From positions 69,575-133,574 of the forward strand of contig JBBQQQ010000003.1 of assembly GCA_038215705.1 (NCBI GenBank): a DNA stretch of 64,000 nucleotides, written 5' to 3'. The position numbers and the translations under genes were made by a program. The notes beneath the pieces were generated by a model. That model had not been told where the DNA came from. It saw only the letters and a program-made list of their open reading frames with translations, and searched no databases. This DNA comes from Bacteroidia bacterium. GTDB lineage: Bacteria; Bacteroidota; Bacteroidia; AKYH767-A; OLB10. Shown here one piece after another: positions 51,841 to 61,600 of this stretch. Each line of letters starts with the position of its first letter. The first letter of the stretch is position 1.

Positions 51841-52281
51841 TTATTTTCCGGGAAACTCCCCTTCAACGGTAATACCCATACTGCGGGCTGTACCTGCAAC
51901 CATTTTCATGGCTGACTCAACGGTAAAGCAATTCAGATCAGGCATTTTTCCTTCAGCAATTGATTTCACCTGCGACCAGGAAACGGAAGCAACCTTTTTT
52001 CTGTTAGGCTCAGCAGAACCCGACTTTTGCTTGGATACTTCCAGCAACTGTACTGCTACAGGAGGGTTCTTAATGATGAATTCAAAAGACTTATCAGCAT
52101 AAACCGTAATGATCACCGGCAAAACTTTTCCGGCTTTATCCTGCGTAAGCGCATTGAAACGCTTACAGAATTCCATTATGTTTACACCTTTGGCACCTAA
52201 TGCGGGACCAATTGGAGGAGCCGGGTTAGCGGCACCGCCTTTTACCTGGAGTTTTATGAGGGCTGCTACTTCTTTAGCCAT
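51841..52281 (-). CDS. rplK: 50S ribosomal protein L11
   Basis: 146 aa. PPIGPALG motif. Confidence 0.95.
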   Translation of the reverse strand: MAKEVAALIKLQVKGGAANPAPPIGPALGAKGVNIMEFCKRFNALTQDKAGKVLPVIITVYADKSFEFIIKNPPVAVQLLEVSKQKSGSAEPNRKKVASVSWSQVKSIAEGKMPDLNCFTVESAMKMVAGTARSMGITVEGEFPGK

Positions 52282-52370
52282 GGTGTTTGAGTTATAAGGT
52301 TCCCTGGGTTATCATTCCGGTTCAGCCTGGAAGCGGCCTGCACGGAAATGGGTTTCCCCGGGAAGGGTTG

Positions 52371-52910
52371 TTATTCTTTTTCGACTTGCATATAGCTGAG
52401 TTCAAGCGGTGTTTTTCTTCCGAAAATCTTAACCATTACTTTCAGCTTTTTCTTTTCTTCGTTTACTTCTTCAATAATACCGGTAAAACTGTTGAACGGA
52501 CCATCTACCACCTTCACAGATTCGCCAACCACAAAGGGATTGTGAATGATCTCCTCTGAATCGGCAAGCTCGTCAACCTTACCCAGTATGCGGTTTACTT
52601 CAGAAGTACGCAGTGGTGCGGGGGCTTCGCCTTTTGCACCAAGGAATCCGATTACTCCGGTTGTATTTTCAATAATATGGGGAATTTCTCCTGTCAGATA
52701 CGCTTCAATTAAAACATACCCCGGGAAATAACTTCGCTCCTTACTTACTTTTTTACCATCTTTAATCTGGTAAATTTTTTCCATCGGTATCAGAACCTGG
52801 GCTACATAATCCTGCAACTTCAGTCGTGAAATTTCCGATTCAATATATTGCTTAACTTTCTTTTCCTTCCCACTGATCGCCCTGATCACATACCACTTTT
52901 TGTCATTCAT
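52371..52910 (-). CDS. nusG: Transcription termination/antitermination factor NusG
   Basis: 179 aa. NGN domain WYVIRAISGKE and a KOW domain. Confidence 0.9.
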   Translation of the reverse strand: MNDKKWYVIRAISGKEKKVKQYIESEISRLKLQDYVAQVLIPMEKIYQIKDGKKVSKERSYFPGYVLIEAYLTGEIPHIIENTTGVIGFLGAKGEAPAPLRTSEVNRILGKVDELADSEEIIHNPFVVGESVKVVDGPFNSFTGIIEEVNEEKKKLKVMVKIFGRKTPLELSYMQVEKE

Positions 52911-52922
52911 CGCAAAAGAATA

Positions 52923-53129
52923 TTAGAAAGAACTGTAAAGAAGGTTCATGATTAACTGGAAAACTGAATCCATTCCGAATACCAATAATCCGATGATCAA
53001 CGATGCTACCAGCACTACTATTGCACTGCTTTGGAGCTCCGCCCAGGTAGGCCATGAAACTTTATGTACTAATTCATTGTATGAATCCTGGATATAAGCT
53101 TTAATTTTTCCCATAGTCTGCTGACTCAA
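52923..53129 (-). CDS. secE: Preprotein translocase subunit SecE
   Basis: 68 aa, single TM. KVSWPTW motif. Lies between nusG and tRNA-Trp. Confidence 0.85.
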   Translation of the reverse strand: MSQQTMGKIKAYIQDSYNELVHKVSWPTWAELQSSAIVVLVASLIIGLLVFGMDSVFQLIMNLLYSSF

Positions 53130-53219
53130 ATTATTAATATCAATCTTTCTATGCAGTGGTTTTACTACTGCTTTACTTTGTCAGGAAGTGATAACCTCCT
53201 CCCTGCGTTCCTTTACTTG

Positions 53220-53292
53220 CACGGGTGGAGAGACTCGAACTCCCAGCCAATGGTTTTGGAGACCACTACTCTACCAATTGAGCTACACCCGT
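53220..53292 (-). tRNA. tRNA-Trp (anticodon CCA)
   Basis: Manual fold: acceptor ACGGGTG/CACCCGT, anticodon loop CTCCAAA, T-loop GTTCGAGTC. CCA is not encoded. Confidence 0.85.
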
Positions 53293-53344
53293 AACTTTTT
53301 ATGATCTTTCTCACTGTGACAGCAGGCATCTAACTTATCCCTTT

Positions 53345-53430
53345 CAACTTCTCACCCGTCTCTCCGAGCCGGGCAGGCTTGCCACTTCTCACTTCTCACT
53401 TCTCACTTCTCACTTGTTGTATGACTTATT
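53345..53430. repeat. Repeat element: core CACCCGTCTCTCCGAGCCGGGCAGGCTTG + (CACTTCT)x4-5 + GTATGACTTAT flank
   Basis: Same core sequence as in the 62836-63100 array. Lies between tRNA-Trp and tuf. Confidence 0.8.
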
Positions 53431-53493
53431 TTCAATCCGTTTGCAGCAGTAAAATCCCGTTAAGGATCAACTGCTGCAAAAAGATATGTTTTA

Positions 53494-54681
53494 TTACTTA
53501 ATAATTTCAGTCACCTGACCGGCACCAACGGTTCTGCCACCTTCACGGATAGCGAAACGAAGACCTTTGTCCATAGCAACAGGAACAATAAGCTGAACGG
53601 TGATAGTTACGTTATCACCAGGCATTACCATTTCACGTCCTTCAGGAAGTACGATTTCACCGGTAACATCAGTTGTTCTCAGGTAAAATTGAGGACGGTA
53701 TTTATTATGGAATGGAGTATGACGTCCACCTTCTTCTTTTTTAAGAACATAGATTTCAGCTTTGAAATCAGTGTGCGGAGTAATGGATCCCGGTTTAGCG
53801 ACAACCATACCACGACGGATATCGTTTTTCTCAATACCGCGGAGCAACAAACCTACGTTATCACCTGCTTCACCTTTGTCAAGGATTTTGCGGAACATTT
53901 CCACACCTGTAACGGTTGAAGTAAGTTTTTTCTCCTGCATTCCCAGGATATCAACAGTATCGTTTGAATTGATAATTCCTCTTTCGATACGTCCTGTGGC
54001 AACAGTACCACGACCTGTAATAGAGAATACATCTTCAACAGGCATCAAAAACGGCTTGTCGATATCACGTGGAGGAATTGGAATAAAAGTATCCACGGCT
54101 TCCATAAGATCGTTAATTTTTGGAACCCATTTAGCATCATTATTCAAACCGCCCAGGGCAGATCCGCGGATGATTGGTGTGTTATCACCATCAAACTGAT
54201 AGAAACTGAGAAGTTCACGGATTTCCATTTCAACAAGATCCAATAACTCAGGATCGTCAACCATGTCAACCTTATTCATGAAAACAACAATCTTTGGTAC
54301 ACCTACCTGACGTGCAAGCAGAATGTGCTCGCGTGTTTGTGGCATAGGTCCGTCAGTTGCTGCAACAACAAGTATAGCACCATCCATCTGGGCGGCACCA
54401 GTAACCATGTTCTTTACATAATCGGCGTGACCAGGACAGTCAACGTGTGCATAGTGACGTGCTTTGGTTGAATATTCAACGTGTGCGGTATTAATCGTAA
54501 TACCACGCTCTTTTTCTTCAGGAGCGTTATCAATCGAAGAGAAATCTCTAACTTCTGCCAGACCTTGTGATGCAAGTACTGAAGTGATTGCAGCTGTAAG
54601 AGTAGTTTTACCGTGGTCAACGTGACCAATGGTTCCAATGTTTACGTGGGGTTTGGAACGATCGAATTTTTCTTTTGCCAT
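53494..54681 (-). CDS. tuf: Elongation factor Tu
   Basis: 395 aa. [15 protein letters not shown] and NKVD motifs. Confidence 0.97.
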   Translation of the reverse strand: MAKEKFDRSKPHVNIGTIGHVDHGKTTLTAAITSVLASQGLAEVRDFSSIDNAPEEKERGITINTAHVEYSTKARHYAHVDCPGHADYVKNMVTGAAQMDGAILVVAATDGPMPQTREHILLARQVGVPKIVVFMNKVDMVDDPELLDLVEMEIRELLSFYQFDGDNTPIIRGSALGGLNNDAKWVPKINDLMEAVDTFIPIPPRDIDKPFLMPVEDVFSITGRGTVATGRIERGIINSNDTVDILGMQEKKLTSTVTGVEMFRKILDKGEAGDNVGLLLRGIEKNDIRRGMVVAKPGSITPHTDFKAEIYVLKKEEGGRHTPFHNKYRPQFYLRTTDVTGEIVLPEGREMVMPGDNVTITVQLIVPVAMDKGLRFAIREGGRTVGAGQVTEIIK

Positions 54682-54890
54682 TTTGTATTGGTTATTTAAA
54701 CGTGGTTTTTATTAATTGATTTTGGATTCCTGTTCGTGTGATCCTGCTTACCGTTGAACTGTGAATCAGGACACGAGGCACGACAGGAATTTTTTTTTGT
54801 ACTATTTATATATTAAACTTTTTATTTTTGAACTGTAATAAGCAAACTAAACTCATCCAAACTCCCCGCTGCCGTCCGAAAGGCAGATGG

Positions 54891-54963
54891 AGCCAATGAC
54901 CAGGATCGAACTGGTGACCTCATCCTTACCATGGATGTGCTCTACCGACTGAGCTACATTGGC
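54891..54963 (-). tRNA. tRNA-Thr (anticodon GGT)
   Basis: Manual fold: acceptor GCCAATG/CATTGGC, anticodon loop ATGGTAA, T-loop GTTCGATCC. CCA is encoded (54888-54890). Confidence 0.85.
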
Positions 54964-55056
54964 TTTTGAGCATACCGGGATTCCAGTTTTGCAGGAACCT
55001 GCAATGAAGCCTGATCACTAAATCTAAAAACCAGCGACTCTGGTTTTTTACTCTTG

Positions 55057-55129
55057 AGCGGAAGACCGGGCTCGAACCGGCCACCCTCAGCTTGGAAGGC
55101 TGATGCTCTACCAAATGAGCTACTTCCGC
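55057..55129 (-). tRNA. tRNA-Gly (anticodon TCC)
   Basis: Manual fold: acceptor GCGGAAG/CTTCCGC, anticodon stem TCAGC/GCTGA, loop CTTCCAA. Confidence 0.85.
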
Positions 55130-55327
55130 TTATCACCATTCGTAGCTCCTCGCAGAGAAGCGAAGGATGGTTATTGGTACAATCCGTAACTCTTAATGAG
55201 CGAAGGATGGATATTTTTTTATACTCTTCTGATCGCAACGAGCAAAAGTTCACTCATTCTCTCAATTAAGTCAACCTCTGAACTTAATCTCACCCGCCCT
55301 CCTACGCGAAGCTACAGAGGGCTAAGT

Positions 55328-55409
55328 GGGGAGAGAAGGATTCGAACCTTCGAAGTCGTAAGACAACAGATTTACAGTCTGTCCCATTTGGCCACTCTGG
55401 TATCTCCCC
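55328..55409 (-). tRNA. tRNA-Tyr (anticodon GTA), long variable arm
   Basis: Manual fold: acceptor GGGGAGA/TCTCCCC, anticodon loop CTGTAAA, T-loop GTTCGAATC, 82 nt. Confidence 0.85.
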
Positions 55410-55462
55410 AATTTACCTGACAGCCATCAGGAACGGAATGGTTTTCACCACACTTTCCGAAG

Positions 55463-55536
55463 AGCCGATGGAGGGATTCGAACCCCCGACCCACTGATTA
55501 CAAATCAGTAGCTCTGGCCAACTGAGCTACATCGGC
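55463..55536 (-). tRNA. tRNA-Thr (anticodon TGT)
   Basis: Manual fold: acceptor GCCGATG/CATCGGC, anticodon stem ACTGA/TCAGT, loop TTTGTAA, T-loop GTTCGAATC. Confidence 0.85.
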
Positions 55537-55582
55537 TTGGAATATTTCAGGTACTCAAAGAACACCCCAAAATTTGGGATTG

Positions 55583-55612
55583 CAAATGTATGAAAGATAT
55601 TTTGATATACAA
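55583..55612 (-). promoter_or_regulatory. Candidate Bacteroidota sigma-A promoter for the tRNA-Thr/Tyr/Gly/Thr-tuf operon
   Basis: On the minus strand, TTG-N19-TACATTTG (the -33 / -7 TAnnTTTG consensus) ending about 45 nt upstream of the tRNA-Thr(TGT) 5' end. Confidence 0.3.
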
Positions 55613-55822
55613 ACGGTTAGATAAAAAATTTGTCACCAACACCATGAACATCCTGAGCATTGATTATTAACGAATTACCTCATTGTTAAATACAATTTTT
55701 TATTAGAAACGCACCACCTAAGGGCTAAATAACTAATTTGTTATCAACAAAATATCAAAATTTCTATTTAGTCGGAATATTTCTTAAATTTGATACTTGT
55801 TGAATTTCCAAATCTGAATCAA

Positions 55823-56890
55823 ATGAACCGGATGACTTTTAAATCTCAGATAAAGGGCCTTGCCGTCCTTTCTATTGTGCTATTTGGGTCGAATGTGAAT
55901 TCCCAGAATGTGGGGGTTGGAACAGCCACTCCGCTTGAAAAACTTCATGTGATCGGGAATATCAGGTCTTCCACCCTTTCGGGTTTGGGTAACAGAATGG
56001 TTTTGGCTGATCCGAATGGTACACTTTTAACCGCATCCGGACTTGGTTCGCCGGCATGGATGGTCACCGGAAATTCCGGCCTTTCGGGTGGAACAACTAC
56101 CACCACAGGAACCAATTTTATTGGAAATACCGATGCCCAGAATATTTGTTTCAGAACTAATAATATTGAACGTGGACGTTTCAGCGCACTGGGTGAATTT
56201 TTTGTAGGAACTTTCAATACTGTGATTCCAGGAGACCTCATGAATGCTGTTGGTAACCCGGTATTTCCATGGGCAGTGAATGGGTATGTTCCTGCAGGAT
56301 CTAACGGCGGTGGCGTATACGGACAAATACAATCGGGTAACGGAACAATTTTCGGAGCCGTACAGGGTGAATATTCCGGCACCAATGCCTCCGGCGCCGG
56401 TGTCAGGGGAATTGCAATTAACCCATTTTCAATCGGAGTACAGGGTCAAGAATCGACCTTGTTAGGATGGGCGGGTTATTTTAACGGGGATGTGTTTTCA
56501 ACAACCGGTTATTACATCCCTTCCGATGAACGGTTGAAGAAAGATGTGAATCCATTGAAGAATGCACTCGATCAGATTAAAGGCATTTCCATATATTCCT
56601 ATTATTATGATCAGGCAAAATATCCGAATCTCGGATTAAGCAATCGCTTGCAATACGGTGTACTCGCCAATGAACTGGCTGCTATATTACCTTCGGCAGT
56701 TGCAACTAAAAAACTTGTCGATGGTAATCCATCCAGGATGGCAGATACACGAGAAATTTCAGCGCTCGAAGTGCAGGTTGTGAACTATGAAATGCTCATT
56801 CCTTTACTTGTTGCAGGAATGAAGGAACAACAGGAACTAATTGAAGAGCTTAATCGGCGCATTACTACACTTGAAACACAATCTAAATAG
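55823..56890 (+). CDS. Tail-fiber-like secreted protein with C-terminal peptidase S74 intramolecular chaperone domain
   Basis: Signal peptide, conserved N-terminal module (QNVGVGTATPLEKLHVIGN..), a Gly-rich beta-repeat region, and a C-terminal SDERLKKDV...coiled coil typical of the auto-cleaving chaperone domain of phage tail spikes. The ORF opens at 55790. Confidence 0.7.
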   Translation: MNRMTFKSQIKGLAVLSIVLFGSNVNSQNVGVGTATPLEKLHVIGNIRSSTLSGLGNRMVLADPNGTLLTASGLGSPAWMVTGNSGLSGGTTTTTGTNFIGNTDAQNICFRTNNIERGRFSALGEFFVGTFNTVIPGDLMNAVGNPVFPWAVNGYVPAGSNGGGVYGQIQSGNGTIFGAVQGEYSGTNASGAGVRGIAINPFSIGVQGQESTLLGWAGYFNGDVFSTTGYYIPSDERLKKDVNPLKNALDQIKGISIYSYYYDQAKYPNLGLSNRLQYGVLANELAAILPSAVATKKLVDGNPSRMADTREISALEVQVVNYEMLIPLLVAGMKEQQELIEELNRRITTLETQSK

Positions 56891-56922
56891 TTTTATTTTT
56901 ATTTCTAACTTAATATTTCTCA

Positions 56923-58584
56923 ATGAAAAATTTTTACTGCATCAGTTTATTGCTTCTCGTTTTAAATTGCTTTACAGGACAACAGACCATCGCACAGAAT
57001 GTGGGTATTGGTACGGCCACTCCTCTTGAAAAATTACACATTATCGGTAATGTCCGTTCATCAACACTTGCAGGTATCGGAAACCGTTTAGTCCTCTCTG
57101 ATCCGAATGGAACATTGATAAATGCTACCGGACTCACTTCCCCTGCCTGGTTAATTACAGGTAATTCCGGAACCGTGGCCACAACGAATTTCATAGGAAC
57201 CATCGATTCAGTTGCTTTCATTATGCGCACCTTTAATATAGAAAGAATGTGGATACTTTCCAACGGACAAGTTTCGGTAAACAATGCCACTCCTTTTGCC
57301 ACAGCTGTGTTTTCATCCTATGCTGCAGGTGGTTTTGATGCAGTCACCGGAGCAGCTACAGGTACGGGTGACGGAGTTTACGGACAAAATACAAGTACCG
57401 GAGCAACACCCGGTAATGGCGTTACCGGAATTTCAACTACCGCCACAGGTTTTGGAGTGGGTGCTTATAATATTAATACAAGCGGAACTGCAGTACTGGG
57501 AGTAGGCAATGGTGTGGCAGGTAATTATGCAGTGGCCGGATCCGGAGCGGCCTTCACAGGTTCCCGCATTGGTACGTATTCGCTTTCATTAAATACTTCA
57601 GGCAACGTATCCAGTACCGGAATTATCGGAAGGGATGCCGGTGGAACTTTCACTATGCTCAACGGCGGCGCAGGGGTTACAGGTTCAGCTGCTAATTCAG
57701 GTGTAGGTGTTTTCGCCTACAATACCGGAGTTACTAATCTGAGCCATGGCGTGTATTCCTCTATTGCATCCACAACTGCTGCAGCAGTACTTGGAATTGG
57801 CGGAAATTCAGGAGTGCAGGGTCAGACTACTGTCGCATCCGGTATTGGAACAAGCGGTTTTGGAGGTGCAAATGGTGACGGGGTTTATGGAACTGCCCCC
57901 GGTAATCTTGGATTCGGCGTAACAGGATTTGTTACCAACGGAACATCCGCCATCGGAGTGTATGGATATGCCGATGCAAACGGTCCAACACGCTTTGGTG
58001 GTTTCTTCGATAATGATCTTGGTTCGAGTGGTGTGAAAACTTTTATGATTGATCATCCGCTGGATCCTTCTAATAAAATTCTTAAACATTTTTCAATGGA
58101 ATCACCTGAGGTACTTAACGTGTATCGCGGTAATGTGGTTTTAAATGGTGCCGGCGAAGCCATTGTGACGCTTCCTGATTATTTTGAATCGGTCAACAAC
58201 ACCAATTACAGCTATCACATAACTCCCATCGGTGCCCCTGCGCAGCTGTATGTTAAACAGGAAATAGCTAATAAGGAATTTATAATTGCAGGTGGAACCA
58301 ACGGGATGAAAGTGTCGTGGATCGTATATGCCGAAAGAAATGATCCTTACCTCCAGCAAAATCCGGAAGAACGTGAAGTGATTATAAATAAAACCGGAAC
58401 TGAAGCAGGAAAGTATATCAGTCCTGTATTGTACGGTCAGCCTAAGGAAAATGGATTGTACTATAAAAATCAGCAAGGTGCCAAAGTAACTCCGCAACCA
58501 ACAACAACAGAAAAAACAACAGAACAAACGGAGCAAAAAAAACCTGCGGATTTCACTCCGGTAGATACGTTCGATTCAAATTAA
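56923..58584 (+). CDS. Tail-fiber-like secreted paralog (no S74 domain; distinct IDHPLDP C-terminal module)
   Basis: 553 aa. The N-terminal 90 aa are about 70 percent identical to the 55823 protein. A long Gly/Thr-rich repeat region is followed by a C-terminal FMIDHPLDPSNKILKH..domain and an acidic tail. Confidence 0.7.
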   Translation: MKNFYCISLLLLVLNCFTGQQTIAQNVGIGTATPLEKLHIIGNVRSSTLAGIGNRLVLSDPNGTLINATGLTSPAWLITGNSGTVATTNFIGTIDSVAFIMRTFNIERMWILSNGQVSVNNATPFATAVFSSYAAGGFDAVTGAATGTGDGVYGQNTSTGATPGNGVTGISTTATGFGVGAYNINTSGTAVLGVGNGVAGNYAVAGSGAAFTGSRIGTYSLSLNTSGNVSSTGIIGRDAGGTFTMLNGGAGVTGSAANSGVGVFAYNTGVTNLSHGVYSSIASTTAAAVLGIGGNSGVQGQTTVASGIGTSGFGGANGDGVYGTAPGNLGFGVTGFVTNGTSAIGVYGYADANGPTRFGGFFDNDLGSSGVKTFMIDHPLDPSNKILKHFSMESPEVLNVYRGNVVLNGAGEAIVTLPDYFESVNNTNYSYHITPIGAPAQLYVKQEIANKEFIIAGGTNGMKVSWIVYAERNDPYLQQNPEEREVIINKTGTEAGKYISPVLYGQPKENGLYYKNQQGAKVTPQPTTTEKTTEQTEQKKPADFTPVDTFDSN

Positions 58585-58600
58585 TTAAATTCTGATCATC

Positions 58601-61600
58601 ATGCGTATACTTTTAATAAAAATGAAACTATCACTTCTCACTATAGCGGTGTGCCTGTTTGTTTCTGGTGACATCCTTGCCCAATGCATGTCCTATCATG
58701 TTCCCCTTCATCAGAAGGTCATGAATTCATCGGTTATAATTGAAGGAAAAATTATCAGTAAGAGCTCTTTCTGGAATCCAGCATCTGATTTCATATATAC
58801 CAGCAACGTTATAGAGGTTTATAAAGTATTTAAAGGTGGCATAACTGCATCACAGGTTGAAATAATTACTGAAGGCGGCACTATAGGTAATTCGATGATT
58901 GTTGCTGAACCGTCACTGCAACTGAATGTTAATGATATTGGTGTCTTTTTCATGATTCCTGCCGGGCAACTCAATCCATCATCGCCACGACCTGCCGCTT
59001 TACAGTTTGAAGGATATGCATCCAACCAGTCACTCGTCCGGTATGATATGAAATCGCTGGAGGCAATTGAACCGTTTACTGTTTACACTGATATTACCAC
59101 CGATATTTATCAGTATATCACAACGACTCTGAACCAGAATTACTCCGAAATAATTCCTTTCAACGTATTTCAGCCATCGAATTCAGGTCCTTCAGGAAAT
59201 CCGGTTCCAATGGCATTTCCGACCATAACAAGTATTACATCACCTTCTACAGCTGGAACTTTTTCATTGGTAACAGTAAATGGAAACAATTTCGGGGCCG
59301 GCCCTTATGGCGGATCACGTGCTTTGGAATTCCGGGATGCCAACAATGGAGGCGCAGGCTTTATTCCCACTCCTGCAAATCACATTATTTCATGGACGAA
59401 TACTTCAATCCAGGCATGGGTACCTACACAAGCTGGCAGCGGTAACATCAGGGTCACAAATGATCTGGGTGAATCCACCATTTCAGCAGTAACAATCACT
59501 ATTAATTATAATGAATCAAATGTGAACTCGGGTGGTGTTTATTATCAGCCTGATCTTATCAATGATAACGGTATTGGCGGATATAACTTTGTTTACAATA
59601 CAACCTTTAACGGCAATGCCGCAGCAGTTGCATCCTTTGAAAGAGCGCTTCAGACCTGGCGTTGTGGAACGTTTGTCAACTTTAATAAAACCGGTACCAC
59701 CCCCACTTCCTGCCAGGCACTTGATGGAACCAATCTTGTTACATTTGACGGTGCCTGTGCACTTCCTGCAGGAGTTCTTGGCGTTTCTTACAGTTATTAC
59801 AGTGCCTGTGGATTTGGCATATGGTACCTGAATGAAAACGATTTAAAATTCCGTACCAACGGAACGGGGGGCATTAACTGGAATTACGGCCCTGCTCCCA
59901 CTGCAGGAGGCCTTTTTGATTTTGAATCCGTCTCATTGCATGAATTAGGACACAGTCACCAACTGGGACATACCATCGTCCCGGTAACGGTAATGAATTA
60001 CGCGGTTGCTCCCAATACGGACCGGCGCACGCTTACACCTGTGAGTGAAACTGCAGGAGGTAATGACATCATGTCACGAAGTGTGGTAAATAACAGTTGT
60101 GCTCCTACTGCAATGGTGGCATTAAATGCATCAAATTGTTCCATCAATGCACCTATCGCCAATTTCACAGGAACACCTCTTTCTGGCTGCAATAGTTTAA
60201 CAGTAACATTCACTGACCAGAGTACCGGTACACCAACCAGCTGGAACTGGAGTTTTCCCGGAGGCGTACCGGCTGCTTTCGCAGGACAAAATCCACCTCC
60301 GGTTCTTTATGGCGCACCGGGTAATTATACAGTCACGCTTTCGGTTTCAAACGCATCCGGTAACGATACCGAAACTAAAACAAACTATGTTGTTGTAAAT
60401 AATTGTCCACCTCCCGTTGCCGATTTTTCAGGAACACCACAAAGTGTATGTACCGGTCAACAGGTTTATTTTGTAGATCTGTCAACAAACAGTCCTACGA
60501 GCTGGTCATGGACATTTCCCGGGGGAGCACCAGGCGCCTCTTCAGCACAAAATCCTGCAGTTTTTTATGCTGCACCGGGTGTATATGATGTTACATTAAC
60601 AGCAACCAATCCTTATGGATCAGGTTCTGTTACCAAAATAGGTTACATTACAGTGGGAAATTGCCCGGTACCTCCTGTCGCAAATTTCTCAGGATCTCCC
60701 ACTACATTATGCGCCGGCGGAACAGTTTCCTTTACGGACCTGTCGGCAAACAGTCCAAATTCCTGGCAGTGGACATTTCCGGGAGGAACTCCTGCAACTT
60801 CAATCGGGCAGAATCCGGTAGTAACGTATAACACCGCAGGCACATACGCTGTTACATTAATAGCAAGCAATGGTGCCGGGTCGAACACTGCAACCTTTTC
60901 AGGATACATAACCGTAAACGTATGTGCTCCACCGGTAGTTGCTTTTACAGGATGGCCTACCACAGTCTGCACCGGAAGTTCCGTTTCATTTGCTGATCAG
61001 TCAACAAACTCTCCTTCATCATGGGCATGGACGTTCCCGGGAGGCACACCGGCGGCATCTGCTGTACAGAACCCTGTAATCACATATAATGTTGCCGGAA
61101 ACTACAACGTTACATTGCAGGCAACCAACTCCTTTGGAAACAATTCACTTACCAAAACAACTTATATTACCGTAGCAACCTGTCCTGCATTTGGCTCGGG
61201 ACTCATTGTTAATGACGGCTCCCTCATTCACGTTGAACCAAACGCGCTTGTAACAATCCAGGGTGGTTTAATCAACCGCGATAATACAGCAGCTAACATC
61301 GGGCGTGTTGATAACTGGGGATTGATAACTCTAACAGGCGACTGGACCAACAACAGTTCATTGAATGCATTCATTAACTCGAGTCCCGGTACTACTGAAT
61401 TAATGGGAGCTGCACAAACCATTACGGGGAGTACTACTACAAACTTTTACAATCTTTCTTTAACAGGATCGGGGATAAAAACACTTACCATAAATACTGT
61501 TGCAGAGGGCACACTGGCACTCAACGACCGTGAGCTTGCAACGCAGGGCAACTGGATGCACGTGACCAATGCTGCGCCAACGGCAATTACACGAACAGGA

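Noticed and set aside
53441-53477. GCAGCAG..CTGCTGC hairpin downstream of tuf as a terminator
   Set aside because: The stem is good, but no U-tract follows on the minus strand. It may be a processing site or part of the repeat element, so it is not called as a terminator.
55131-55327. Possible fifth tRNA in the tyrT-glyT spacer (GTAGCTC string)
   Set aside because: I could not build acceptor, D or T arms by hand. It is more likely a degenerate remnant or a plain spacer. Reported only as a low-interest finding.
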